Position numbers and translations under genes: made by a program | Notes under the pieces: model-generated | Databases searched by the model: none | Seen by the model: only the letters and a program-made list of their open reading frames with translations | What the model was told of the DNA's origin: nothing | Part shown: one piece after another, positions 1-8,464 of the stretch | Layout: the number at the start of each line of letters is the position of its first letter | How positions within the stretch are numbered: position 1 is the stretch's first letter | DNA from: a virus | Virus record (IMG/VR): IMGVR_UViG_3300025770_000656 | DNA: 64,000 bases | Strand: one strand, 5' to 3'

Positions 1-44
1 TCCTCGTCTTCAAAACCCATGGGTGCTAGTGGTTCATCGTTCAT
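1..44 (-). CDS. Partial CDS running off the window edge (MNDEPLAPMGFEDE...)
   Basis: ATG at 44-42 overlaps the end of the 34..888 gene, consistent with translational coupling; only 14 codons are visible. Confidence 0.4.
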   Translation of the reverse strand, partial: MNDEPLAPMGFEDE

Positions 45-888
45 ATCGTTGTATTAACTCCGGTGTACAAAAATCTTTTTGGAAGTAATGAAATGGATAT
101 TGTTGTGCATATCCTCCTACGATTAGGGAGTAGTCTTTAGTCAATGTCCAGGGAACAGCATTACGCCAATCTATGTTAGGTTTCCACCCATTAACTGCAC
201 CCTTCATGTGTGTAAAGGTTGGATAGGTTAGTTTGGACTGGGCGGCAGATGTCCCTCCCACATTATAACCTCCTCCGTCCCAGAGGGCAGCGGCAATACC
301 AAAGATAACGTCAGTATCAGGTATATCGTAAACATTGTAATCAAGGATAGCATTAGAAACATGCTGCCAATTTTCCAGGATGTTTCGTGCAAGTGCAAAA
401 AAGTCCAGGCTTGCATGGGAATAGCGAATGTACATAAAACCATTATAAATATCGACCAGGCTATTAGCATCAAAAAACTTCCTGTAGTATCTACTATTAC
501 TTACATTACCCTGATAATCTCTAACATTACTGGTTAATATAACATCGTTATGTCTACAACCTGCCCACCAATGATCCAAGCTACGTGGAACTATCATATC
601 AGATTCTAATTTAAACGTTTCCTTAAATGGTGTAAGTTGTAAAGCACTACATTCTAAAGCAAAAGGATTTTCTTGTCGTGGAACTTCAATAACATAATTA
701 AAAACTTTACGCTGTTTGGGTGTTATTGTCTTAGCAGACTCAGTATCCACTACTACTGCAAATTTATTTATGGCACATGTTCTCTTAATGCTCAACGCAA
801 GAAGATATGCTTGGTTAACATAATTAACTGTGTCACTATTTTGTGCAAACGTAAGCCAACCTTGAGGCTCTACTTTTTCATTGAACAT
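34..888 (-). CDS. Glycosyltransferase-like protein (GT-A fold, GT8-like), paralog 1
   Basis: 284 aa. Motifs GWLTFAQN, YVNQAYLLALSIK, TPFKETFKLESDM (DxD-like) and YNGFMYIRYS. Same architecture as 1359..2138. Confidence 0.6.
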   Translation of the reverse strand: MFNEKVEPQGWLTFAQNSDTVNYVNQAYLLALSIKRTCAINKFAVVVDTESAKTITPKQRKVFNYVIEVPRQENPFALECSALQLTPFKETFKLESDMIVPRSLDHWWAGCRHNDVILTSNVRDYQGNVSNSRYYRKFFDANSLVDIYNGFMYIRYSHASLDFFALARNILENWQHVSNAILDYNVYDIPDTDVIFGIAAALWDGGGYNVGGTSAAQSKLTYPTFTHMKGAVNGWKPNIDWRNAVPWTLTKDYSLIVGGYAQQYPFHYFQKDFCTPELIQRYER

Positions 889-943
889 TTATCTTTATTG
901 CTTTCCAAAATGTACTATACTACTTATTATACTAAATAATTTT

Positions 944-1369
944 ATGAACAGCAATATATTTCACTGCGCCGTTGAGGGTGGATTTCTTGAAACAACTTTG
1001 CCGTTCTATACCGAAATCTTAGGTTGTAAATTAGGTCCTCGCGAAAAAGGCCGTTGGCAGGATATTGACTTCTGGGGCAACGAGCTTACGCTACATGAAA
1101 GTACACCACGCATGGGATTAGAAGGACACAGACATCCTGTGGACAGAGAACAAGTTTGGGTTCCACATTTTGGAATTCATTTATCTCCCACAGATTATAG
1201 TCTGGTTGTTCGTTGTATTCAAAACGGCCCTGGGTTTTTAGATAATCCAGTTAATCGTTTTAACTCCATGGTTACTAGCCAAATTACTTTTTTTGTTGCT
1301 GATCCTAACTTTAATGTGATAGAAATTAAAAAAATGGTGGGCAACTACTATCAAAGTACTAACGTTTAG
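944..1369 (+). CDS. VOC/glyoxalase-bleomycin resistance family protein
   Basis: FHCAVEG...FYTEILGC...DIDFWGNELTLH...VPHFGIHL...FFVADPNFNVIEIK is a typical VOC pattern. Start placed at ATG 944, just after TAAATA at 933-938. Confidence 0.75.
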   Translation: MNSNIFHCAVEGGFLETTLPFYTEILGCKLGPREKGRWQDIDFWGNELTLHESTPRMGLEGHRHPVDREQVWVPHFGIHLSPTDYSLVVRCIQNGPGFLDNPVNRFNSMVTSQITFFVADPNFNVIEIKKMVGNYYQSTNV

Positions 1370-2138
1370 AATACTCTTCTAGTGATTCTCTAATTTCAGG
1401 ATCCTGTAGACATTGTTTATTCATACAATGTAAGTTTGTATCTTTTATTTTTACAGCATTAAATGAATCGCCGTGCCTGTAACGTATGTATAGCTCAGTG
1501 TCTTTAACTTTGTATATAGTATCTTCTGTACTTAAACTAGCAAGCGGATGATTAAAATAGGTTCCACTACTGTAGCCATTCATTAACTGGTTTGCAATAG
1601 TTAAGCTAAAGTCATTGCGATACTTGCCAGCCTTAAATCCGTAGTACTTTGCATAGTATCGCCAGTTACGCTGTACGTTTTTCATATTTTCAAATATATT
1701 ATGAGCTAACTGGCACTTGCGGAAGTAAACTACTGTAGCCCAAAGCATGGGCAATCCTGATCTAGTCATAGTGACATCATTTTTAAAACTATTTGTTTGT
1801 GTAACATCCCAAACTTTATCGTAACACAAGAACTCATGATTTGTATCAAAGTATTGTGCTAGATTGCTGTTAAACGACAAATAGTCTACGTCTATCAACA
1901 AGGTTTGATCAAATGGACTTAGGTCGTATGCTAGTGTTCTATCAGCATTGTACCAGGGTACTGTTACAGTACTATTGTGCCAGCGAAACGCTCTAACATT
2001 ACCAGGTACTGCATCACCTACGTGTATGTGTGTATCAATACCTAGATGTTTTTGTACGAGCCTTGCGGCAAGTTCTGCAAAGCCTATATAGTCTATTGTT
2101 TCATGTGGTGTAGCAAGAAGTAGTGCGCCTTTACTCAC
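1359..2138 (-). CDS. Glycosyltransferase-like protein (GT-A fold, GT8-like), paralog 2
   Basis: 259 aa. Motifs KGALLLA, YDLSPFDQTLLIDVDY (DxD), LWATVVYFRK and YRNDFSLTIA. Confidence 0.65.
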   Translation of the reverse strand: MSKGALLLATPHETIDYIGFAELAARLVQKHLGIDTHIHVGDAVPGNVRAFRWHNSTVTVPWYNADRTLAYDLSPFDQTLLIDVDYLSFNSNLAQYFDTNHEFLCYDKVWDVTQTNSFKNDVTMTRSGLPMLWATVVYFRKCQLAHNIFENMKNVQRNWRYYAKYYGFKAGKYRNDFSLTIANQLMNGYSSGTYFNHPLASLSTEDTIYKVKDTELYIRYRHGDSFNAVKIKDTNLHCMNKQCLQDPEIRESLEEYSKR

Positions 2139-2463
2139 TAAGCTGCCCTACTCTACGTACTTTTTTTAACTCTTGGTATTGATTGTGCCAATCATTTAGT
2201 ACTTCATACCAACGAGCTCTGCACCTTTCATGCATTGCTTCTGCACTATCAATGTATACTGGGTTATCATAATCATCTATTAAATATAAATCTGTATGAT
2301 CTTCCCAGGTGTTTAAAAAGCTCATAAGCTCCATGGTTACCTGGAATTGCCCACCGCCATAAGTGATAGTTAGACGTTGTTCTTGCTGTTCTTTTAATGT
2401 GAGACGCTGACGATTGTGATCCAATCGCTGGCGTGCAAAATCTTCAAAGTTTTCTATATCCAT
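2131..2463 (-). CDS. Hypothetical phage protein
   Basis: 110-aa ORF overlapping the next gene by 8 nt; promoter directly upstream. Confidence 0.7.
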   Translation of the reverse strand: MDIENFEDFARQRLDHNRQRLTLKEQQEQRLTITYGGGQFQVTMELMSFLNTWEDHTDLYLIDDYDNPVYIDSAEAMHERCRARWYEVLNDWHNQYQELKKVRRVGQLSE

Positions 2464-2469
2464 GTACTC

Positions 2470-2499
2470 AGTATAACAGGGCCACTAGGGCCCTGTCAA
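2470..2499 (-). promoter_or_regulatory. Sigma70-type promoter overlapping a GC-rich hairpin
   Basis: Minus strand reads TTGACA (2499-2494), 18 nt, then TGn-TATACT (2475-2470). The inverted repeat ACAGGGCC/GGCCCTGT spans 2476-2496. Predicted +1 falls on the ATG at 2463. Confidence 0.65.
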
Positions 2500-2522
2500 C
2501 TTATTCTAAACTTTAAATCCTA

Positions 2523-3482
2523 TTAGGATTCTGTATTTGTTACTGTAGCGAACGTTACTGTTCCAACAGTATCAGTAATGTATGTGGTTGCTGGTGGTAT
2601 TGCTGTAAATACGTCAGTTTTGTTACCATCAACCTGATCAAGAACATTATAAATGTTTTTGTTATAGGATGTACTATCAGTAGCATCGTCTTTCCATGTA
2701 CACTTTAAGTGAACAATATCTGAAATGTTGCCGCGGCTATCGCCATGTGCTGCTCCTGCTTTAACTTCTAACTGCCAATAATTGGCCGTATAAGGCGCAG
2801 TGTCTGCAACTTGCTTATAATGAACAACATAACTTGTTGTTAAATCGTAGTATCCATTAGTTGATAAGTTAGTAGCTGGAGTACCTGAACCGCCATTTTT
2901 TTCCAGTGTGGTTGCACGTAGTCTAACAGTACCAATAAGTGTATCAATTAAGTCCAGCCACTCGTTGTATTTTGCGTCTGCTGTGCCTCCTGCTAGTCCT
3001 GGAGCAACTTCAATATATCCGCCACTATTAAAGAAGTAACGTGCTTCGTCACCGCCAGCAAATGTGCAGGTAACTTCATGAACAATAGTATTTGTAAAAG
3101 TACCAGTTGATGTTAGCGTTTCTGTGTCTTTTGTAGTAGTAGTACTAGCTGCAACACTACCGCCAGCAACTGCTGTATCTAAAGTACCAATATCTGTTGC
3201 TAATGCACCGATAGCTGTAATTAGGTCACTTGTACTTGGATTAGTTACTGAATCTACAGTAATGTTTCCATCTTGTACAGTATGATCACTGATTGATTTA
3301 ATTCTTGTTAGTAGTGTAGCCCATTGGGATGCAGTAATGGAATTTCCATCTGAAACACTAGAAACTGTTGTTGTTTGACCCCAGCCTCTAATTCCGGTGC
3401 CTTGGCCCCACAATGCATTAACACTAGTAACAAAACCATTATAGTGGGTATCAAGGATTGTATCACCCGTTGTATATGCCAT
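2523..3482 (-). CDS. Virion structural protein (putative)
   Basis: 319 aa, Thr/Gly/Ser-rich, starts MAYTTGDTI, contains EARYFFNSGG; lies in the fibre operon. Confidence 0.65.
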   Translation of the reverse strand: MAYTTGDTILDTHYNGFVTSVNALWGQGTGIRGWGQTTTVSSVSDGNSITASQWATLLTRIKSISDHTVQDGNITVDSVTNPSTSDLITAIGALATDIGTLDTAVAGGSVAASTTTTKDTETLTSTGTFTNTIVHEVTCTFAGGDEARYFFNSGGYIEVAPGLAGGTADAKYNEWLDLIDTLIGTVRLRATTLEKNGGSGTPATNLSTNGYYDLTTSYVVHYKQVADTAPYTANYWQLEVKAGAAHGDSRGNISDIVHLKCTWKDDATDSTSYNKNIYNVLDQVDGNKTDVFTAIPPATTYITDTVGTVTFATVTNTES

Positions 3483-3501
3483 TTAGTTTTTTCCTTATCT
3501 A

Positions 3502-4938
3502 TTAATTTATAGTTACAAAGGCCTCTACTGTACCTTCTGATTCTGTTGATTTGGTTGAGATTGCGCGGCCAATGACATTGAATGAAGTCGCTTCATTTTC
3601 GTCCGCTGCTCTTGCAAGTCCATTTCCAGCACTAACAAGTCTATCTCCTTTATTTACCTTTCCAACAACTTTTACGGGAACTCGACCCGCAACAGCAACC
3701 GCTGTTCCAGTATCCAAAGCCGCATTCATTAGGTAAGCTGGGCGTGTACTAATAACACCAAAGACGTTACTTGCTAATTCATCATTAACACGAGTAATTT
3801 CTTCAACACCACCCAGTGCAACTACTGTGCCTGGTGCGTATTTTGCATCACTTGTAAAATTTTCTGCAACGTCAGCGTATTGTGCAGCACTTGCTGTACC
3901 GTTAAATGTTGTAGCAAAAACTTCATTAATTCTTGTGCCACTAGAACCAAAGTTAACTGTTCCACTAACAAGTAAGTTACCTGTCATTGTACCACCTGTT
4001 AGTGATAGTGCGCCTGCACCACTAACCTGAGCGTCAACGTATGCTTTTGTAGCACCATCTTGAGCTGCGGTTGGATCTGCTAGACTTGAAATTTTCTTAC
4101 TGCTAATATCAACAGTACCTGTACCATTTGGTGTTAGGATAATACTTCCGTTAGTGTTAGTGTTAGTAAACACTGGGTTACTGCTGCCGTTGATACCAAT
4201 TGTTAAATCACTATCTACACCAACAACCATACCAGTGTCGTTAAGAACACTTAGGACACCACTTGTACTATCGCTAGCGTTACTACGCAAGTAGTTTGCT
4301 GCTGTAACTCCGCCTAGTGCATCTGAGTCTGTACTTGTACCTTGTAACTTAGCACCAGTTACAGTAGAGCTAATTTGTAAACCAGGTTTAATTGTTGTAA
4401 AGCCGCCGATGCTTGTTTGTGGAGTAAATTCGGTGTCTTTACTTACTGTACCAACAACTGTGCTGCTTACGTAAAGTTTAACAACAACATGGTCTGCTGC
4501 TGCATTGTCTGTTACAACTTCAACAATAGCACCAGATGTGCCAGTTCCTGATGTAAATGCAGGACCAATAGTTGTAAATCCACTACCATTGTACACTTTC
4601 AACTGACCGTTAGTGGTATCCCACCAAAGGTCACCAGTAACACTACTGGATGGTTCGCTGCTGCTAGCTGTACTTGAGCTAACTGTTTTAAATGCTGACC
4701 CAGTGTAAACTTTAAGCAAACTGTTAGTAGTATCCCACCACATTTGCCCAGCCAAGGGTGACCCTGGCGCACTGGTATTCGCAAAATTTTCTAACAGTTT
4801 TACGTAGTTTTCGTTTAGAAACTCTCCGTATCCTGCGTAATTCTTACCAACTAGGACTAGATCTGTAGTTGTATCAATTGTACCGTCTGACACGGTAGCT
4901 AACACAGATCCGCTAGTTTTATTGACTGTATATGCCAT
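3502..4938 (-). CDS. Tail fibre-like protein with C-terminal chaperone/autocleavage-type domain
   Basis: N-terminal LVLVGKNYAGYGEFLNENYVKLLENFA, GQMWWDTTNSLLKVY repeats, and a C-terminal AQYADVAE...GRVPVKV domain. Confidence 0.7.
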   Translation of the reverse strand: MAYTVNKTSGSVLATVSDGTIDTTTDLVLVGKNYAGYGEFLNENYVKLLENFANTSAPGSPLAGQMWWDTTNSLLKVYTGSAFKTVSSSTASSSEPSSSVTGDLWWDTTNGQLKVYNGSGFTTIGPAFTSGTGTSGAIVEVVTDNAAADHVVVKLYVSSTVVGTVSKDTEFTPQTSIGGFTTIKPGLQISSTVTGAKLQGTSTDSDALGGVTAANYLRSNASDSTSGVLSVLNDTGMVVGVDSDLTIGINGSSNPVFTNTNTNGSIILTPNGTGTVDISSKKISSLADPTAAQDGATKAYVDAQVSGAGALSLTGGTMTGNLLVSGTVNFGSSGTRINEVFATTFNGTASAAQYADVAENFTSDAKYAPGTVVALGGVEEITRVNDELASNVFGVISTRPAYLMNAALDTGTAVAVAGRVPVKVVGKVNKGDRLVSAGNGLARAADENEATSFNVIGRAISTKSTESEGTVEAFVTIN

Positions 4939-4964
4939 CTTTTATTTCTCCACGAGCTTTAAAT

Positions 4965-4971
4965 TATTTAT
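4965..4971 (-). promoter_or_regulatory. T4-type late promoter (ATAAATA)
   Basis: TATTTAT on the plus strand, 27 nt upstream of the 4938 start; matches the motif found before other structural genes. Confidence 0.55.
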
Positions 4972-4993
4972 CATGTTATATAAACTAACAATA

Positions 4994-5659
4994 TTATAAA
5001 CTTGTTAGATTAGTTAAAGTTTGGATACGAATTGTGTAATCAATTTGTATCAGCCTGTTCAAGCTCTTCTGAACAGGATGGAAAATAACATGAGTTAATA
5101 ACTTGCCCGTATTAACTGTTCCGATCCAACTTTTAAGGCCTAGCTCATCAAATGTATATGTATCATTAAAATTACTAGTATTATCAAATGCTTGCTGATC
5201 ATTGGGTTCACCATAATCTAACAGGCAACTAACAACAGTATCAGTATAAATGTTTCCACTTACATGACTTACTGTTAATTTATTTCTTCCAGCATCTGTA
5301 TTTAAACTGGAATTATCGTCTACTACCTTGTAGTAGGTTTGATTATATAAACTGGCATTCTGTCCACTGCTATTAGCTGGCAAATATGTAATTACGCCTG
5401 TTGGATCAACGCTCGTGCCTCCATTGCCAAAAGCTATTTCATGAATAAAACCAGTTGTTTTATTACTCACACTTAACGCTAGTGCTTCACTCATATTCTC
5501 ATAGTGAATAGCATTTCGTTTGTTTACAATATCTTCTCCAGTTTCCGGATCAAAGATACGAATGTGACCTTCCATCATTACCCCGCCTTGTTCTTTAAGG
5601 GGAGTAGTGGGTTGTGGATTTTCTAAATTTTCCATATTTTCTTTTTCACTGTCTTGCAT
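4994..5659 (-). CDS. Conserved virion structural protein (baseplate-associated, putative)
   Basis: Motifs GHIRIFDPETGE..VNKRNAIHYENMS, AFGNGG, FDELGL and LLTHVIFHPVQKSLNRLIQIDYTIRIQ; lies in the baseplate operon. Confidence 0.6.
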   Translation of the reverse strand: MQDSEKENMENLENPQPTTPLKEQGGVMMEGHIRIFDPETGEDIVNKRNAIHYENMSEALALSVSNKTTGFIHEIAFGNGGTSVDPTGVITYLPANSSGQNASLYNQTYYKVVDDNSSLNTDAGRNKLTVSHVSGNIYTDTVVSCLLDYGEPNDQQAFDNTSNFNDTYTFDELGLKSWIGTVNTGKLLTHVIFHPVQKSLNRLIQIDYTIRIQTLTNLTSL

Positions 5660-5663
5660 TATA

Positions 5664-8411
5664 CTATACCTTTAACATACATTCAACAAGTTTTTCACTC
5701 GTGTCTGCGTTGGGCTCTAAAGCTATACCTACTCGTTCACCAGGAGCGGTTACACTAGCCACGCCGTTGTTATCAGCACGTACAAGTTGACCCTTCTGAA
5801 CTGGTCCTAAAACACGAACTGGTACCCGCCCCACTAGCGCAACATTTACGCCATTAATTTCACTGTTCATTAAAAATGCTGGTTCAGCACTAACTACGCC
5901 TGCAGGTATATCATCAGAGTTGCAAAAAGTTACTTCCATTGATCCGCCAACACATAAAACTGTGCCTATTGGATAGTTTGAATCTGGGTAATATTTCTCT
6001 GCTAAGTCAGCATATTTTGCTGAAGTACTTGTTCCTGCAACATTAGTTGCTGTTAAAGTATTTGTACCTGGATTATACTTTAGATCTGTATCTGTTCTTA
6101 TTGCTTCACTGCCTGTTGCTGTATCAACAAATGTAATAAAATGATCTGCAGCCGTAGTATTAGTTGCTGTAAGTTTTACAGTTGTAGCATCTACACTACC
6201 TGCACTTAGTGCTACTGCACCAGTTCCGTCAAAACTAACATTTACTGCCGTAACGTCACCTGATATACCAATGTTTTGGGCACCTGCTAATGCTGTTGCG
6301 GTTGCAGAGTTGCCAGTACATGATCCACTTGACCCACTTGTATTACCAGTTACGTTACCAATTAAGTCAGTGTCAAGTGACTTATTCATTACAAACTTTG
6401 TGCCTGTGTGTGAATATGTTAGAGTAGCGTCTGCACCGTCGATTGTTATTCCAGCACCATCAGCGGCTGAACTATCAGCCGCGCCGTCTGCTAGTGTAAT
6501 GTTTAGATCTTCAACTTTCATTTCAGCGGTGTTAAGAGTAGTTGTAGTACCACTGACTGTTAAGTTTCCTGTAACAACTAACGCTCCGCCCACTGTAATG
6601 TCATCTGGCAGTGCAATTTTAATTTTGTTATTACTTACAGTAGTAGCAATTTCATTTGTTGTACCTTCAAACGTCAGTGTATCTGTACCAACTGTAACAG
6701 CATCGTTTGACCCCGTGTCAGCGGCGATTGTAAGTACAGTGGATACACCACTTACTTGTGAATCTACATAAGCCTTTGTAGCGGCATCCTGTGCGCTACC
6801 TGGATCAGTAACATTAACAATTTTGTTACTATTCATATCCATGTTGCTGTCAAGTTCTACAACACCAGTGCCGTTTGGCAACAGTACTAGGTTAGCATTG
6901 GTTGCATTTGTTGTAATATTATTATCGTTAATAGTAACACTATCAACTATTAAACTATTAAATGTTCCTGAATTAGTAACTACTACTGTTCCACTAGTTG
7001 CAATATTACCACTTGTATTTGCTACTGTGAAAGCACCATCTACATCAATGCCTCCATCTAAGCTAGCAAGTCCACCAACATTAAGTGTTCCTGAAATAGT
7101 ACCAACTTCTGTAATACTGCTCAAGTTACCAGTATTAATAATCGTTCCAGATACGTCTGGGAATGTATGTGTTCTTGCACCAGTTCCTGTAGCAGTTGTA
7201 ATTGTGTGAGCACTGCCGCTGGTGTTCATAACTATGTCAGTGCCTGAACCAATAGTTAAGTCTGCAGCCATGGTGCCAATGCTTGTGATATTTGTTTGTG
7301 CGGCCGTAGCAAGTGTACCTGTAATATTGCCTGTTGCTGTCAATGCACCATTAACGTTTACGATACCTGTGCCATTTGGTGTTAGTTCAATATTAGCATT
7401 AGTTGAAATGTTTTCAATAGTATTTGCTGCACTATTAATTTTTAAGTTACCAAATTCTGGACTATCAACAAGACTGATATTTAAGTCATTTGCGTTTTGC
7501 GTAATAGTTAGGTTGTCGCCGTGATTAATTGTTCTAAATCTTAATTCAACACCGCTCTTGTCTTTAAATATTTCATTAAAGCCACCTACATTAGAAGCTC
7601 TGTTTGTTTCTCCGCCTGCTGCACCTGGCAGTTCAGCTAATTCAATTTTGCTGGTTGTACTATTATATACAAGTCCAAATCCGTTAGTAGTGCTTGTTAG
7701 GTCTATGTCGCTTAACTGTCCTACGCTGGTTGCTTGTATTTTAGTTAATACTCTAGCATCTGTATAATATAAATTTGTTTGTTCAGGCACATCTGCTGTA
7801 CTAACTTGATTAGCACCAGTTCCAAAATCAATATGTGTATCGTCAATACCGTCTGTTTTAATAGTTACTGCGCCACTACTTACTGTAAAGTGATCAGTGC
7901 TAAAACTAGCAATACCTTTATTACTTGCAGTAGCGTCTTCACCACTAACAACACCGCTAGCAATATCAATACCTTCTCCGGCTGTAATGTGCGCTCTAAC
8001 TTCAGTGGCACTAGGACCAGTATATGTAAACACACCAGTTGAACTGTTATACGCTAGGCTACCATCTCCGCCAGCATCAGTTACACTGACTTGCGCTCTA
8101 ACTTCTGCAGAACTTGGACCAGTAAATGTTAGTACACCAGTGCTACTATTATAACTTAGTGCGCCATCGCCACCGCTGTCAGTAACACTAATTGCCGCTC
8201 TTGATCTAGCATCAGTGTAATATAAATTTGTATTTTCTGTAATGTTAGCTGTAGTGAGCGTGGTAGCATTGCTAGTAGCTGCTACTCCGTTAATGGTTTT
8301 AACGTAGTTTTCCTCTAGTGTATTAGTTCTAGTGTTCAGATCAGTAAAGTTACCATCCACTTCGGTATGGGTTAGAGGTACACTTTTACTGCTTCTTAAT
8401 GTTATTGCCAT
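5664..8411 (-). CDS. Long tail fibre-like protein with C-terminal chaperone/autocleavage-type domain
   Basis: 915 aa. Tandem VSVTDxGGDGxLxYNSSTGVxTxTGPS repeats, DPGSAQDAATKAYVD, and a C-terminal AKYADLAE...GRVPVRV domain. Confidence 0.75.
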   Translation of the reverse strand: MAITLRSSKSVPLTHTEVDGNFTDLNTRTNTLEENYVKTINGVAATSNATTLTTANITENTNLYYTDARSRAAISVTDSGGDGALSYNSSTGVLTFTGPSSAEVRAQVSVTDAGGDGSLAYNSSTGVFTYTGPSATEVRAHITAGEGIDIASGVVSGEDATASNKGIASFSTDHFTVSSGAVTIKTDGIDDTHIDFGTGANQVSTADVPEQTNLYYTDARVLTKIQATSVGQLSDIDLTSTTNGFGLVYNSTTSKIELAELPGAAGGETNRASNVGGFNEIFKDKSGVELRFRTINHGDNLTITQNANDLNISLVDSPEFGNLKINSAANTIENISTNANIELTPNGTGIVNVNGALTATGNITGTLATAAQTNITSIGTMAADLTIGSGTDIVMNTSGSAHTITTATGTGARTHTFPDVSGTIINTGNLSSITEVGTISGTLNVGGLASLDGGIDVDGAFTVANTSGNIATSGTVVVTNSGTFNSLIVDSVTINDNNITTNATNANLVLLPNGTGVVELDSNMDMNSNKIVNVTDPGSAQDAATKAYVDSQVSGVSTVLTIAADTGSNDAVTVGTDTLTFEGTTNEIATTVSNNKIKIALPDDITVGGALVVTGNLTVSGTTTTLNTAEMKVEDLNITLADGAADSSAADGAGITIDGADATLTYSHTGTKFVMNKSLDTDLIGNVTGNTSGSSGSCTGNSATATALAGAQNIGISGDVTAVNVSFDGTGAVALSAGSVDATTVKLTATNTTAADHFITFVDTATGSEAIRTDTDLKYNPGTNTLTATNVAGTSTSAKYADLAEKYYPDSNYPIGTVLCVGGSMEVTFCNSDDIPAGVVSAEPAFLMNSEINGVNVALVGRVPVRVLGPVQKGQLVRADNNGVASVTAPGERVGIALEPNADTSEKLVECMLKV

Positions 8412-8436
8412 TTTATTCTCACTACGTATTTACCTA

Positions 8437-8443
8437 TATTTAT
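8437..8443 (-). promoter_or_regulatory. T4-type late promoter (ATAAATA)
   Basis: TATTTAT at 8437-8443, plus GTATTTA at 8426-8432, in the gap upstream of the 8411 start. Confidence 0.55.
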
Positions 8444-8464
8444 TTGCTATGATTTACTGGGGTG

